Below the pieces are notes generated by a model. That model did no database searches. It saw only the letters and a list, made by a program, of their open reading frames with translations, and was not told the origin of the DNA. Positions 1 through 12,240 of a DNA stretch of 64,000 nucleotides are shown in pieces. The translations under genes were made by a program, and so were the position numbers. How positions within the stretch are numbered: position 1 is the first letter of the stretch; each line of letters opens with the position of its first letter. Origin of the DNA: Octopus vulgaris (taxonomy: Eukaryota); contig OX597832.1 of the NCBI GenBank assembly GCA_951406725.2, forward strand, positions 57,164,001 through 57,228,000, written 5' to 3'.

Positions 1-261
1 TGCAGTTTGAGGTTGCTGTGAAAAAGACAAACATAGCGGAACTATACCAACACATTCTTCAATGTCCTGGAAATATATGGAATGTCACTTCACACAGTTA
101 TACAGAAGAAAACATCCTCAGTTATTTTTCGCAGGAACTTAAATGCTCATGATGATGCAATGGTACAAGTTTGGTAAGACCAGTGGTCTAACGTTTTTTG
201 GCAAAGTCTTGGATAAATACCCATTTATAGTTTTTATGTTTCTTCAATGTTTTCTTATGTG

Positions 262-440
262 CCGGTTCCACATAAAAAGCACCCAGTCCACTCTGTGAGG
301 GGACTGGTGTTAGAAAGGACATCCAACCATAAAAACCCTGCCAAAACGGACACTGAAGCCTGGTGCAGCCTTCTACCTAGCCAGCTCCTGTAAAACCATC
401 CAACCCATATCAGCATGGAAAATGGATGTTAAGTGATGAC

Positions 441-480
<40 letters not shown>

Positions 481-505
481 TCGACGAAGATGGTAATGAT
501 GATGA
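262..505 (+). mobile_element. SINE/short retroelement (family 'C') ending in a (GAT)n tail
   Basis: AAAAAGCACCC...GAAAGGACATCCAACC...CCATCCAACCCATATCAGCATGGAAAATGGATGTTAAGTGATGA(TGA)n. Similar copies on both strands at about 12620-13070, 14600-14740, 20870-21118, 22010-22165, 27015-27240, 28476-28765, 31535-31988, 39678-39910, 40440-40845, 41995-42520, 45880-46200, 55190-55560 and 57350-57560. Confidence 0.8.
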
Positions 506-741
506 TCTTCTCACTCTCCCAAAATTTCTTTGGATTTCTATGTTCTAAATATCAGAGGTTATGATTCTGTAAATAAAATGTTTTTCAAAATTACAACTTC
601 TTTTAAAAATATTTATCCATTTTTGACCTAATCTTTGAAAACATGAAAGATAATGTTGTGTAACTTTTACATTTTCAAAGATTTTTCTAGAAGCATATCT
701 TTTAAACATAGCACGTAATTCTACACCAAAGATAGGATTAA

Positions 742-940
742 TTTTAGGGGTTGGGGTTAGGCTTTAGCATCAGGGTTCAGTATTAGTATTAGGGTTTAGG
801 TTTTAGGGAAAAGATTAAGATTAGGATTTAGAGTCAGGGTTTAAAATAAGAGCTTAGGTTTAGATTTTATAGGGTTTGTTCTTAGTTCTGAGGCTCAGGG
901 TTTCAGGTTAAGGTTAAAACTAGGCTCATACAAAAATTAG
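742..940 (+). repeat. degenerate telomere-like (TTAGGG/TTTAGG) tract
   Basis: Many imperfect TTAGGG/TTAGG/TCAGGG units; interstitial and strongly diverged. Confidence 0.55.
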
Positions 941-1136
941 GAAATTGGTAAGATTTTAATTTGTGCACAATATTTAACAATTTGTGTACAATAATTTGCA
1001 GTTTTAACAGGAAATCTGAAAAAACTATTCTTAAACACATTTTTAAAAGATTTATTAAAAGTTAAATAAATTTTGCTGGTGTTGTCACTAATTCCCTGAG
1101 GCTTCAGCTTAGACAATGCTAGGTAATTCAGCTACT

Positions 1137-1553
<417 letters not shown>

Positions 1554-1559
1554 TAGTAT

Positions 1560-2255
1560 ATAAGGCAGAATAAAAAGGTTCCTTGCCCTGTTCTGTAGCA
1601 TGCCAGCTGATGGCAGCACACAGTTGCGTACACAATGAGAGCTAGCAGTGACATTCATGAGGCAGTGTGCTGAGGAACTTCACTGTGAAATTTGTGCTTT
1701 TGTGATCACATCTATGCTGTAGTCTGTGATTTTGTCATGGACAAGAACAAAGAATGTGAAATTTTGCCCTAAACTTGAGGAGTCTGCTACAGAGACAATG
1801 AGCATATTTTGACAAGCTTATGGTGACAAAGCAGTGGGTTGTACACAATGTTTCAAGGGACATTGATGCTTCAAAAGTGAAAGAATGTCTCTAGAAGGCG
1901 ATGAGCAATCTGGAGGGCCTGCCATGAGTGTCATTCTCGGAAATGTGGTATTGTGCATCGAGAATTATTCCTCCAGGGCCAGACCATCAATCGAGAGTTC
2001 TACTGTGATGTTTTGGAGTGTTTGACGAAGGATATTCTTCAAAAGCGATCAGATCTGTGGAGTGAGAAGAATCAGATCCTTCAAGGCAATGTACCCTATC
2101 ACTGAGCTCCCCTCGTGATTTTCTCGCCAAAAACATGGTATCACTCCCGCACCTGCCCTATTCACCAGATTTAGTACCCACAGACTTCCATCTCTTCCCC
2201 AAGATGGAAAGACAGCACAAAAGTCGCTGTTTTAACACCATTGTCAAGATCCAGA
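1560..2255 (+). mobile_element. internally deleted, decayed mariner transposase
   Basis: Manual translation with stops and frameshifts: VKFCPKLEESATETMSIFxQAYGDKAVGCTQCF...FKSERMSLEGDEQSGGP (HTH region), then GIVHRE..QGQTINREFYCDVL and PHLPYSPDLVPTDFHLFPKM (mariner YSPDLAP.DF motif). Confidence 0.9.
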
Positions 2256-2262
2256 ACAGATT

Positions 2263-2453
2263 CACAGAAGTACAATTCTATATTTAAGAGTTGAAGAATT
2301 ATGCACATTATTTACATTATTTACATTTGACGGATATTTGTCCTCCTCTTGTTTGTTGTTAACTCAACGTTTCGGTTGATATACCCTCAAGCCTTCATCA
2401 GGTGTCTTGGGAAATTTTGAACCTGGGTTCCCATTCCTAAGGTATTTTTCGAT
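2263..2453 (-). mobile_element. Penelope-like element end with a hammerhead-like core
   Basis: Minus strand reads CTGATGA-AGGCT..AACC-GAAAC (2401-2369); a truncated sibling lacking the core is at about 9990-10083. Confidence 0.55.
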
Positions 2454-2512
2454 CTTATTGTTGTTTTTATTAGTATTATTATTATTATTATTATTATCAT
2501 TATTATTATTAA

Positions 2513-2564
<52 letters not shown>

Positions 2565-2565
<1 letters not shown>

Positions 2566-2675
2566 GGTGTAGTGGTTAAGAGTGTGGGCTACTAATCCCA
2601 AGATTCCGAGTTCAACTCCAAGCAGTGACCTGAATAATAATAATAATAATAATATTAATGTTAATAATAATAATA
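2565..2675 (+). mobile_element. short tRNA-derived SINE with (AAT)n tail
   Basis: A-box-like TGGTGTAGTGG and B-box-like GAGTTCAACTCC followed by AAT repeats. Confidence 0.6.
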
Positions 2676-2874
2676 ATACTCTTTTACTCTTTTACTTGTT
2701 TCAGTCATTTGACTGTGGCTATGCTGGAGCACTACCTTTAGTTGAGCAAATTGACCCAAGGACTTATTCTTTGTAAACCTAGTACTCATTCATATATATA
2801 TATACTCATATACATATATACATACATAAACATATAAATGTATATCAATACATATACATACTTATACATACATA

Positions 2875-3085
2875 CGAAGGGATGCTGAGAAGTTTCTGGC
2901 TTTAAGGGCATCATGAAAGGCCTGGTTGGAGACCTTCTGAGTTTTTTTACAGGGCTTAGAAAGACTGAAGGACCACTGCAATAAGTGTGTGAATCTACAA
3001 GGGCAATATATTGGATAAAATCATAATTAAATGATCCTCCTGTATTTTCTTTTACTCAAGGCAGAAACTTTTCAGCGCTCCCTTC
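2875..3085 (+). mobile_element. mariner-derived MITE
   Basis: TIRs CGAAGGGATGCTGAGAAGTTTCTG / CAGAAACTTTTCAGCGCTCCCTTC with TA flanks; internal remnant of mariner C-terminus (GLERLKDHCNKCVNLQGQYIG*); inverted second copy at 19471-19688. Confidence 0.8.
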
Positions 3086-3128
3086 TATGTATATAAATAC
3101 ATATAAATACATATTTGTATACATATAT

Positions 3129-3291
3129 AGGTGTAGGAGTGGCTGTGTGGTAAGTAGTTTGCTTACCAACCACATGGTTCCGGGTTCAGTCCCACTGCGT
3201 GGCACTTTGGGCAAATGTCTTCTACTATAGCCTCGAGCTGACCAAAGCCTTGTGAGAGGATTTGGTAGACGGAAACTGAAAGAAGCCTGTC

Positions 3292-3341
<50 letters not shown>

Positions 3342-3562
3342 TTGTGTGTCCGTGTTTGTCCCCCCCACCATCGCTTGACAACCGATGTTGGTGTGTTCAC
3401 GTCCCCATAACTTAGCGGTTTGGCAAAAGCGGCCGATAGTAGAATAAGTACTAGGCTTACAAAGAATAAGTCTTGGGATCGATTTGCTCGACTAAAGGCG
3501 GTGCTCCAGCATGGCCACAGTCAAATGACTGAAACCAGTAAAAGAATAAAAGAATAAAAGAA
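3129..3562 (+). mobile_element. full-length tRNA-derived SINE (family 'A') with internal (TA)n(TG)n and TAAAAGAR tail
   Basis: Head GGxGTAGGAGTGGCTGTGTGGTAAG...GGTTCAGTCCC; about 20 copies or fragments in the window, e.g. 19000-19445 +, 22931-23346 -, 33471-33905 +, 38797-39215 +, 39220-39615 -, 43228-43655 -, 50918-51335 +. Confidence 0.92.
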
Positions 3563-3982
3563 TATATCTACATACACACACACACACATACACACACACA
3601 CATACACACATACACATACACTTGCATGCATGTATGTACGTTTGCATTTGCATATGTGTGTATAAGTGAGCCTACATATAAATACATGTCTGTTCATGTA
3701 TCCAAATGCTTCATATATACATATACATATATATATAATCTTAAGATGCTCTCATTTATCATCAATACGGCTACTGGGATTCAAGTGCTGTTCATGACAT
3801 GCAACAATAAAAAAGACAATCTCCTACATTATTTGCAAAACCTGTCAGAATTAGCTGCTGATATTTTCTGTTCACCCACAAGTAAGTATTTCTAACTTGG
3901 TTTTAATTACTCATTGCTTGAAATACGAGTATTGCAATATCATTTTACTGTCTAACATGTTTACAAATTAAAATCCTAGTAA

Positions 3983-4645
3983 AGGTAATGAGCTGGCAGA
4001 ATCATTAGCATGCTGGGTGAAATGCTTAGTGGTATTTCAACTGCCTTTACGTTCTGAGTTCAAATTCCGCCGAGGTTGACTTTGCCTTTCATCCTTTCGG
4101 GGTCGATTAAATAAGTACCACTTACACACTGGGGGTCGATGTTATCGACTTAATCCCTTTGTCTGTCCTTGTTTGTCTCCTCTATGTTTAGCCCCCTATG
4201 GGCAATAAAGAAATAAGTAATTCATTCTTTTAAGGTGGTGAGCTGGTAGAAACGTTGGCATGCCAGGCGAAATGCTTAGTGGTATTTCGTCTGTCTTTAC
4301 GTTCTGAGTTCAAATTCTGGCATGGTTGAATTTGCCTTTCATCCTTTCAGGGTCGATTAAGTAAGTACCATTGCGTACTGGGGTCGATATAATCGACTGG
4401 CATCCATCCCCCAAAATTTCAAGCCTTGTGCCTAGAGTAGAAAAGAATTGTAAGCATATCAGGCAAAATTCTTTGTGGCATTTTGTCCGTCTTCCCATTC
4501 TCAGTTCAAATCCTGCCAAGGTCAACTTTGCCTTTCATCCTTTCAAGGGTGATAAAACAAGTACCAGTTGAATACTAGAGTTGATGTATTTGACTTAGCC
4601 TCTCCCCCAAACCTGCTGGCATTGTGCTGAAATTTGAAACCAATA
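3983..4645 (+). mobile_element. three tandem tRNA-derived SINEs (family 'B')
   Basis: Repeated GAGCTGGCAGAA...GAGTTCAAATTCCGCCGAGGTYGACTTTGCCTTTCATCCTTTCGGGGTCGAT; further copies at 10145-10770 (-), 16060-16320, 16850-16990, 44735-44900 (-) and 56000-56228 (-). Confidence 0.88.
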
Positions 4646-5668
4646 TCAAAATTCTAGTGAAGAACACATTTTGATACAACTACAAGATATGGAATGGTAA
4701 GAAGTAATAAACTGGCAGAAATATTAGAATGCCAGATAAAATGCTTCATAGAATTCGTGTCTTACATTTTTCTTTCAAAAAATATTTTAAAATCCTACCA
4801 ATGTGCTTCAGTTTTTTTTTTTTAATAATCAAGAATTTGGAAAGATTTAGTAAAAATAACTAGTTTCAAAAAAATTCAGTTTTTTCATTATTTAGTTGGC
4901 ATTTTGAACATGACTTGAAGAAAATGTTTTACCGTTTTGATGGAAAGTTTGAATTTTAATGTGAAAACTTTAAGAATAATAATTAATATCACAGTGGCAG
5001 AGCTTTTGTGTTATGAGTTGCTATGGAAAGAGTTGAAAAGAATTTTTTGTTTTTGTTATATTTAAAAAGAATTTTGTTCCTGATATTAAAAAAACAACAT
5101 TTTCTTTATTTTTAAATATCAAAGAAATCAAAAATAAAAAGAAAAGAAAAAAAAATCAATAACTAGAAACAAGCGTAGCCATGTGGTTAAGTTGTTGGCT
5201 TTGTAATCACATGGTTCCAAGTTCAATATCACTGTACAGCTGAGTGTCTTGTTTAGTAAATGTATTTGTATTTTGTTAATTTGTACAAATAATAGTTCTT
5301 CTAATTTGCATACTGCTTTGTTTTGCACCTAGATTTTTGGGTCCTGCTTTAATCAGTGTATATTTTTGAGTATATATTGCTCACATATTCACTCCATTAT
5401 TTCAGGTTTTTTGGATAAAGTTTTCAGAAATAACCCAATTGGTCTGCCATTAATTCTGTGAAATATTCATGGGTTCTGCTAGTATATATTATTTCAGTTG
5501 AATCCCTGTCTTCCTATTCTGAGTTTTGCCTGTGGGTGTACAGGGTCTTCAGGTGAGATGCTGGAATGGAGATAACAGAAAACAATGTCACATTTTTAAA
5601 CTTGAGAAAATTCTTGCATATTTTCACTTACAAACTGTATTTGCAACATGTGTGTGTGTGTGTGTGTG

Positions 5669-5860
5669 TCAGTTGGTTAGTTTCTTTGTTTCTGAAAGCT
5701 TGAGCTTAGCCAGATTATCACTGAGGAATTTGCTCACAAATCCAAGTGCTTCATTTATTATTAGCATGAATGTGAATTTATAATCTGCGTTTAGAAGCTG
5801 AAGATTTTGAACTAGTTGTCTGTAGATATCCTCTTCCTTACCGATTTTCAAAGATTATGT
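5669..5860 (-). mobile_element. R4/Dong-type (REL endonuclease) LINE C-terminal fragment
   Basis: KEEDIYRQLVQNLQLLNADYKFTFMLIINEALGFVSKFLSDNLAKL fits the K..Y..L...L......P.IIGALG pattern at the end of REL domains. Confidence 0.6.
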
Positions 5861-6139
5861 CAGGCAGGGGTGGGGGACTAACACAGATACTTATACATAT
5901 TACTCTTTTACTCTTTTACTTGTTTCAATCATTTGACTGAGGCCATACTGGAGCACTGTCTTCAAGTCGAGCAAATCGACCCCAGGACTTATTCTTTGTT
6001 AGCCTAGTACTTATTCTATCGGTCTCTTTTGCCGAACCGCTAAGTTACGGGGATGTAAACACACCAGCATCGGTTGTCAAGTGATGTTGGGGGGACAAAC
6101 ACAGACACACACACATATACGACAAGCTTATTTATTTTT

Positions 6140-7800
6140 CTAGTGAGCACCTTCATCCAGCTGATGTAGATTCGTTAAATTTTAGAAAAGAAGTTGCAGA
6201 AATAAAGAATGAAGCGATGGAAAACATAACACCAAGTTCGTGTAGCATAATAATGGTTAAGTTTACGCAACCAACAGAAAATACTTGCTCACAGCTTCCT
6301 CATTTGTCTGTACTTCCAAGGTTTATTCAAAGGTGCTGACAAAACAATTTGGGATTTCCCTCAAATCCAGGGGCTAGAACTGGTTTTGAAATACCTGAAG
6401 AATATTGTAAACTTGATTATGGCGAACAGTTTCTGAGATACGATTCGGGTATCGAGGTTGAACACCACATACTAGTATTTGCATCAGAAAGTGCTCTTCA
6501 GGATATAACACCTTTTCATCATTGGGTATGTGATGGAATATTCAAAATTGTACCAGATCAGTGGTTTCAACTGTTTAGCATTCATGTACAAGTTAAAAGT
6601 AGCAATTTTCCATGGGTCTTTGCATTACTGCCAAATAAAACAAAGGAGATATACTCTTTTACTCTTTTAATTGTATCAGTCATTTGACAGTGGCCATGCA
6701 GGAGCACCACTTTTAGTCGAGCAAATCGACCCCAGGACTTATTCTTTGGCAGCCTCGTATTTATTCTATTGGTTCCTTTTGCTGAACCGCTAAGTTACGA
6801 GGATGTAAACATACCACCATCGGTTGTCAAGCGATGTTGGATGGGGACAAACACAGATACACAAACATATACACACATACATATATATATACATATATAC
6901 GATGGGCTTCTTTCAGTTTCCGTCTATCAAATCCACTCACAAGGCTTTGGTCAGCCAGAGGCTATATTAGAAGACACTTGCTCAAGGTGCCATGCAGTGG
7001 GACTGAACCTGGAACCATGTGGTTGGTAAACAAGCTTCTTACCACACAGCCACTCCTGCGCCTATTATATGTGAATTATTTTTATTATATGTGAATTATT
7101 TTTCAAGCAATTGAAAATTATGCAACCTAATGCATATCTGCTTGATCTCATGGCAGATTTCGAAGTTGCTGTTCATAAGGCATTTAATTCATCATTCTCT
7201 AATTCATCTGTCGTGGCAGTTTAGCCAATCAGTATTTGAAAAAATTACAGATTTAGGCCTCAACGAAAAATACAATAAAGACTCTGATTTCGGTCTTAAA
7301 ATTCTATGTTTTTCAACATTAGCCTTCCTAACCCATCGAAGATGTTGAAGAGGTCTATGAAGAATTAACAGACGATGAAGAAATACCTGCTAAATTCATT
7401 GTTTATTTCAACTTGACTTACATAGGCGTTGTGAGAGCACATGGTGCTAGACGAAGAAGAAAACCACCTACATTCCCAATAGCTGTATGGAATGTTAATC
7501 AGTGTATTCTTCAAGATCTTCTCAGAACAACTAATGCTGCGGAGGGGTTTCATTCTGCTATAAAGCGTTTGGCGGGTGGAGCACATTTGAATATTTGGAA
7601 ATTAATCAAAACTCTGAAGGAAGAGAAAAGGTTCCTTCAAGGTAAAATGACTAAAATTCTTTGAGGAGATCTGTCAAATTCATGTACACGATATCGAAGA
7701 ATAACTGAACACCTCTAAAGATTATTCATTGAATATGGGTCAACAAGAAAAATTGATTTTTTGAAGAATGTGGCATATAATTTGCATCAATTTTAAGTGA
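6140..7800 (+). mobile_element. decayed Mutator-like (MULE) transposase split by a SINE
   Basis: ORF 6349-6687 has WVCDGIFKIVPDQWFQLFSIH...PWVFALLPNKTKEIY; after the SINE come DFEVAV, LAFL and ORF 7413-7664 PPTFPIAVWNV...RTTNAAEGFH, all typical MULE motifs. Confidence 0.88.
6652..7065 (-). mobile_element. family A SINE inserted in the MULE transposase
   Basis: Reverse complement matches the 3129-3562 copy; interrupts the MULE frame after KTKEIY. Confidence 0.9.
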
Positions 7801-8464
7801 TCATAACAAATCATTAGTTATATCTTATTACTTTTTCGAAATGACTTCCTTTTAAATAAATTTTTCTACAGTATTTTACCTGAGTCCTATCTATAAAATT
7901 CTTTATGGAGCTTTATGTGTTTTCGCTCAATAAACACTCACAATGCCCAATCTGGGAATCAAAACCACGACCTTAAGACCGCAAGTCCACTGCCCTAACC
8001 ACTGGGCCTTTGCACCTCCACACTCCGTGTATATACAATGATTTGAATACTCATTCTTGATTGAAATAAAATTACAAGAGATCGTTAACAAAATAGCCAT
8101 CAAACAAGTATGACAAGAAAAAACATAAAAAACAAACCAAATATAAAAAAGAGACGCTTTTTAAAAGTTTTCTGTCTTAAAAAACATTAGCTAGTAGCGG
8201 TTAGTGTTATTAAAAATTAATTCACGTGTATTCATCCAATACTAGCGAAAATTTAAATTGGTAATTACGATTATTATTAATTAGTAAATAAATAAAAAAA
8301 ATGTGTAATTAATGTGTCTGACGAGTTTTCGGTGGAGTTATTATTGTTGAATTTATGGCCTTTTTCTAAATTATTAAACACATCTTTACCATTTTCTTCC
8401 TCCTCGTTGAATTGATCGGTGAGTTCTTTGATCGGCTTTTGGTGGTGCCATAATTCTATGCGCT

Positions 8465-9073
8465 CACACACACACACACACATGTACTTAAATACAGACA
8501 CACACAACCATATACATAAGCCATGCATACACACACACACATTGATACTGAAACACAGGCATACATACGTACAGACACACATAAACAGACACATACATGC
8601 ATACAGGCACACACACATACACTCAAATACAGACACACAAACACACATACAAACAACCATGCATATAAACCCACACACAGTTACATGCACACACACACAC
8701 ACAAACACACACATACATAGATACAGACACACAAATGTACATACAAACACACATACAGACAGACAGGTGCACACACACACACACACACAGGTATAGACAT
8801 ACAAACATGCATTCATATTGACACATATAAAGACAGACAGACATACACACACACATAGAGACAGACACACATAAATGTACACACACACATGCATACATAC
8901 ACAGACAAGCATATGCAAATACATACACAGACATATAGATACACACAGTCTCACACTTGAAGAACAAATAAACACGCACATACTCTCACACACACACGTA
9001 AACAAAGTCACACAGATACACAAATGCACGCGAATAGTGGGGGCACACAGACAGACACACTCTCAGGCACTTG

Positions 9074-9109
<36 letters not shown>

Positions 9110-9296
9110 AACACACACATAAACAAATACACAAATGCACACAAATACTGGGGCACACAAACAGACACACACATAAACATACACAGACACTTGCACACAC
9201 AGACACACACATACACCTGTACACACACACAAGCACAAACATGCACACAAATGCGCACACACACACAAAGACACACAAACTCACACACACACACAT

Positions 9297-9340
<44 letters not shown>
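8465..9340. repeat. degenerate (CA)n-rich tract
   Basis: Direct inspection; source of the His/Thr and Cys/Val ORFs. Confidence 0.9.
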
Positions 9341-10082
9341 TGGCAATATTTAATCAAAAGATTTGTTTCAGTTTTATGTGGCCCTATGTTTGATCCACCG
9401 TGCAGCACCCACCATAAGGGCAAGTTACTTCACCTGTAACCTTCAGTCACCCCTAAATTTCATATCATCATCAATTCCTGGACATTACTGTCTCAATCTT
9501 AGGTCTCTTAGAACTGGATTCCTGGTTGCCATGGCATGGTATAAGTGACCAAGATTGTGCCATTCCCCCTGGATAGGAAGCTAGTCTGCTTTAGAGTTAC
9601 ACATTTACAACTGAGTGGATTGGAGTTACATGAAGTGAAGTGTTTTGTTCAAGAACACAACAACACACCACCCTGACTGGGAACTGAAACAATGATCTTG
9701 TAATCATAAGTGCAGCACTGTAACCACTTAGCCATGCACTTCCCCATAATGGGGTACAAATATGTCAACAAAAAGGTATATAATAAGTGGCTGAGATAAC
9801 AATATGCTTCCTGAATGAATACCAGTCCATTGTAGGGTTACTAATCTAAAGGTGAATGGTCTGAAGCAGCATGAAATGAAGTGTTTTGCTCAAAAAGACA
9901 ACACACTGCCTGGTACAGAAATTGAAACAGCTGTCTTGCAATTGTGAGTGCAACACCCTAACCACTAGACCATTTGCTTTTCCCTTTAAGTGACAGAAAT
10001 ACAGTTCTATATTTAAGAGATGAGGAATTATGTACATTATTTACATTATTTACATGTAATGGATATTTGTCCTCATCTTGTT

Positions 10083-10146
<64 letters not shown>

Positions 10147-11451
10147 TCTTTAGTACTCTAGGCACAAGGCTCGAAATGTTGTGGGAGGGGGCCCATTCGA
10201 TGAGATCGACCCAGTATGCAACTGGTACTTAATTTATTGACTCTGAAAGGATGAAAAGCAAAGTCAAACTTGGCGGAATATGAACTCAGAACGTAGTGGT
10301 AGACGAAATACTGCTAAGCATTTCACCTGGCGTGCTAACGTTTCTGCCAACTTGCCACCTTTAAATAATATTTTCTACTCTAGGCACAAGGCCCGAAATT
10401 TTGGAGGAGGTGGGGGCAGTTGAGTAGATCAACCCCAGTACATAACTGGTACTTAATTTATCGACCCCGAAAGGATGAAAAGCAAAGTCAACCACAGTGG
10501 AATTTGAACTCAGAACGTAACGACAGACGAAATACCTATTTCTTTACTACTCACAAGGGGCTAAACACAGAGAGGACAAACAAGGACTACAAATGGATTA
10601 AGTCGATTATATCGACCCCAGTGCGTAACTGGTACTTAATTTATCGACCTCGAAAGGATGAAAGGTAAAGTCAACCGCGGCGGAATTTGAACTCAGAACG
10701 CAGCTGCGGACGAAATACCACAAAGCATTTCGCCCAGCGTGCTAACGTTTCTGCCAGCACTCGCCGCCTTGAAGGACCAATCAAGTATTGGAACTGATAT
10801 AATTTATTATAAATCCCTATCACAGAAAAATTTGAAAAAACAAAACAAAAACAAACAAAAAAATATGTTGTCTTGTTGTTATATTGACTCTGCAACTAGT
10901 TTTTGGGGGCCTGCAGTACAGCCGAATTTCAGACATCTCTATTCAGCATCATCTCATCTCACAGGCTTTACTTCCTGGAGCTCATTCTAAGAAGTTCTAC
11001 TCACTCTTCCTTATTATTTATCAACCTCATGATTTCTCTACCAACTCTTTATGTCTGTTGGCACCAACCCCTTTGTATGAGCAATCTGTGGAATTCTCTG
11101 TAAATCACTGGCTGCATTAAAGTCTCGTAAGGGACGGACATCAGAACTAAAGGGGAAAAATGGTTGTTGGGCCCCTACATCTGTTGAAATAGATGGGAAA
11201 TTCTTTGTTGTGTCTGTTTGAATAAAAGTAGATAAACTTTGGTATTGCTTACATTCTTCAGTAGACAAATGTCTTGTAGTTCAGAAGATGTGTGAGGATG
11301 TATGAGAACCAGTGGAATGAAGAATAATTTACATGAAAAACAAATGGGCAGGGTTGCCTGGCAGAGCAACATTTGGCCATGGAAAATCTGCCTTCATAAG
11401 TCTTGTCTAACCCATGCTGGCATAGAAAAGCAGCAGTAAAAACAATGATAA

Positions 11452-11491
<40 letters not shown>

Positions 11492-11838
11492 ATACACATA
11501 CACACACTGCTAAGCACAATTCAAGTGTAAAGTTACTGTTAGGATTTCAAGTAAATTATTAGGTTGATATTAACTTATGTCTGGAATTTTATGCAACATT
11601 ATTTTCCAGGTTAGTGGAAACTGACCCATTACATTGCTTCAATGCGATGGAATACTTCAAAAAGAGTTAAAAGAAAAAGACTAAATATAATCCATTATCT
11701 GAGTGAAACTGGCGAAAGAGAAAGGAAATTATTCAAGGTTAATGGATACCTAAGGAGGTGAATCAGATCAGCAGAAAACTCTCATATCTCTCCCTACCTT
11801 CGGAATATATTTAAAGATGGAACCATATTAGACACATA

Positions 11839-12240
11839 CGGGTCATAAGTCAATCTGGTCATAAGTTGGCCTATAGGCTTACATAGCTTTGTTTTATATT
11901 TTTACATTCTTAAGGTACATTCTCAAGTAAAAGTCACACACAGCTTTCTGTATTTATACTATTATACTGGCGTTAGTCAAAAATTTCGGAGTATCAAGCA
12001 GTCGTCTTATAAACAAATACGAAGCTGCCTTGATGTCTCTGCGACAGGATATTCATTCATCGCAGTGGCAATCGATAACGAAACCTAGGGGAAGCGTTTG
12101 TTAGCTGACACCACCCGTAGACAGGTTAATTTATAAGAAATTAAACCCATTAGATTTCAACTGGACTATTTATTATTGCTGCCGGTAGCTGGCACACCAA
12201 TCGTCATAAAGTCAATTGGTCCTAAGTCAATGATGACCTG
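11839..12240. mobile_element. non-autonomous DNA element with short TIRs and subterminal GTCATAAGTCAAT repeats
   Basis: TA-CGGGTCAT... / ...ATGACCTG-TA; GGTCATAAGT motif repeated at both ends. Confidence 0.55.

Noticed and set aside
1-180. Possible exon (FEVAVKKTNIAELYQHILQC...LKCS*, donor-like GTAAG at 174)
   Set aside because: No recognisable protein and no phase-compatible partner exon found.
742-940. True telomere or chromosome-fusion scar
   Set aside because: Units are highly degenerate, short and in one orientation only.
3746-3886. Exon-like segment ending in CAA|GTAAGT
   Set aside because: Weak acceptor and an unrecognisable peptide; cannot be linked to a gene.
8277-9439. Long Cys/Val and His/Thr ORFs
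   Set aside because: Translations of (CA)n microsatellite; the same applies at 13271-13759, 37477-38160 and 62925-63989.
10880-11330. 76-aa minus-strand ORF as a host exon
   Set aside because: No known motif; neighbouring frames resemble a decayed RTE 3' end (EMMLNRDVxNSAVL).
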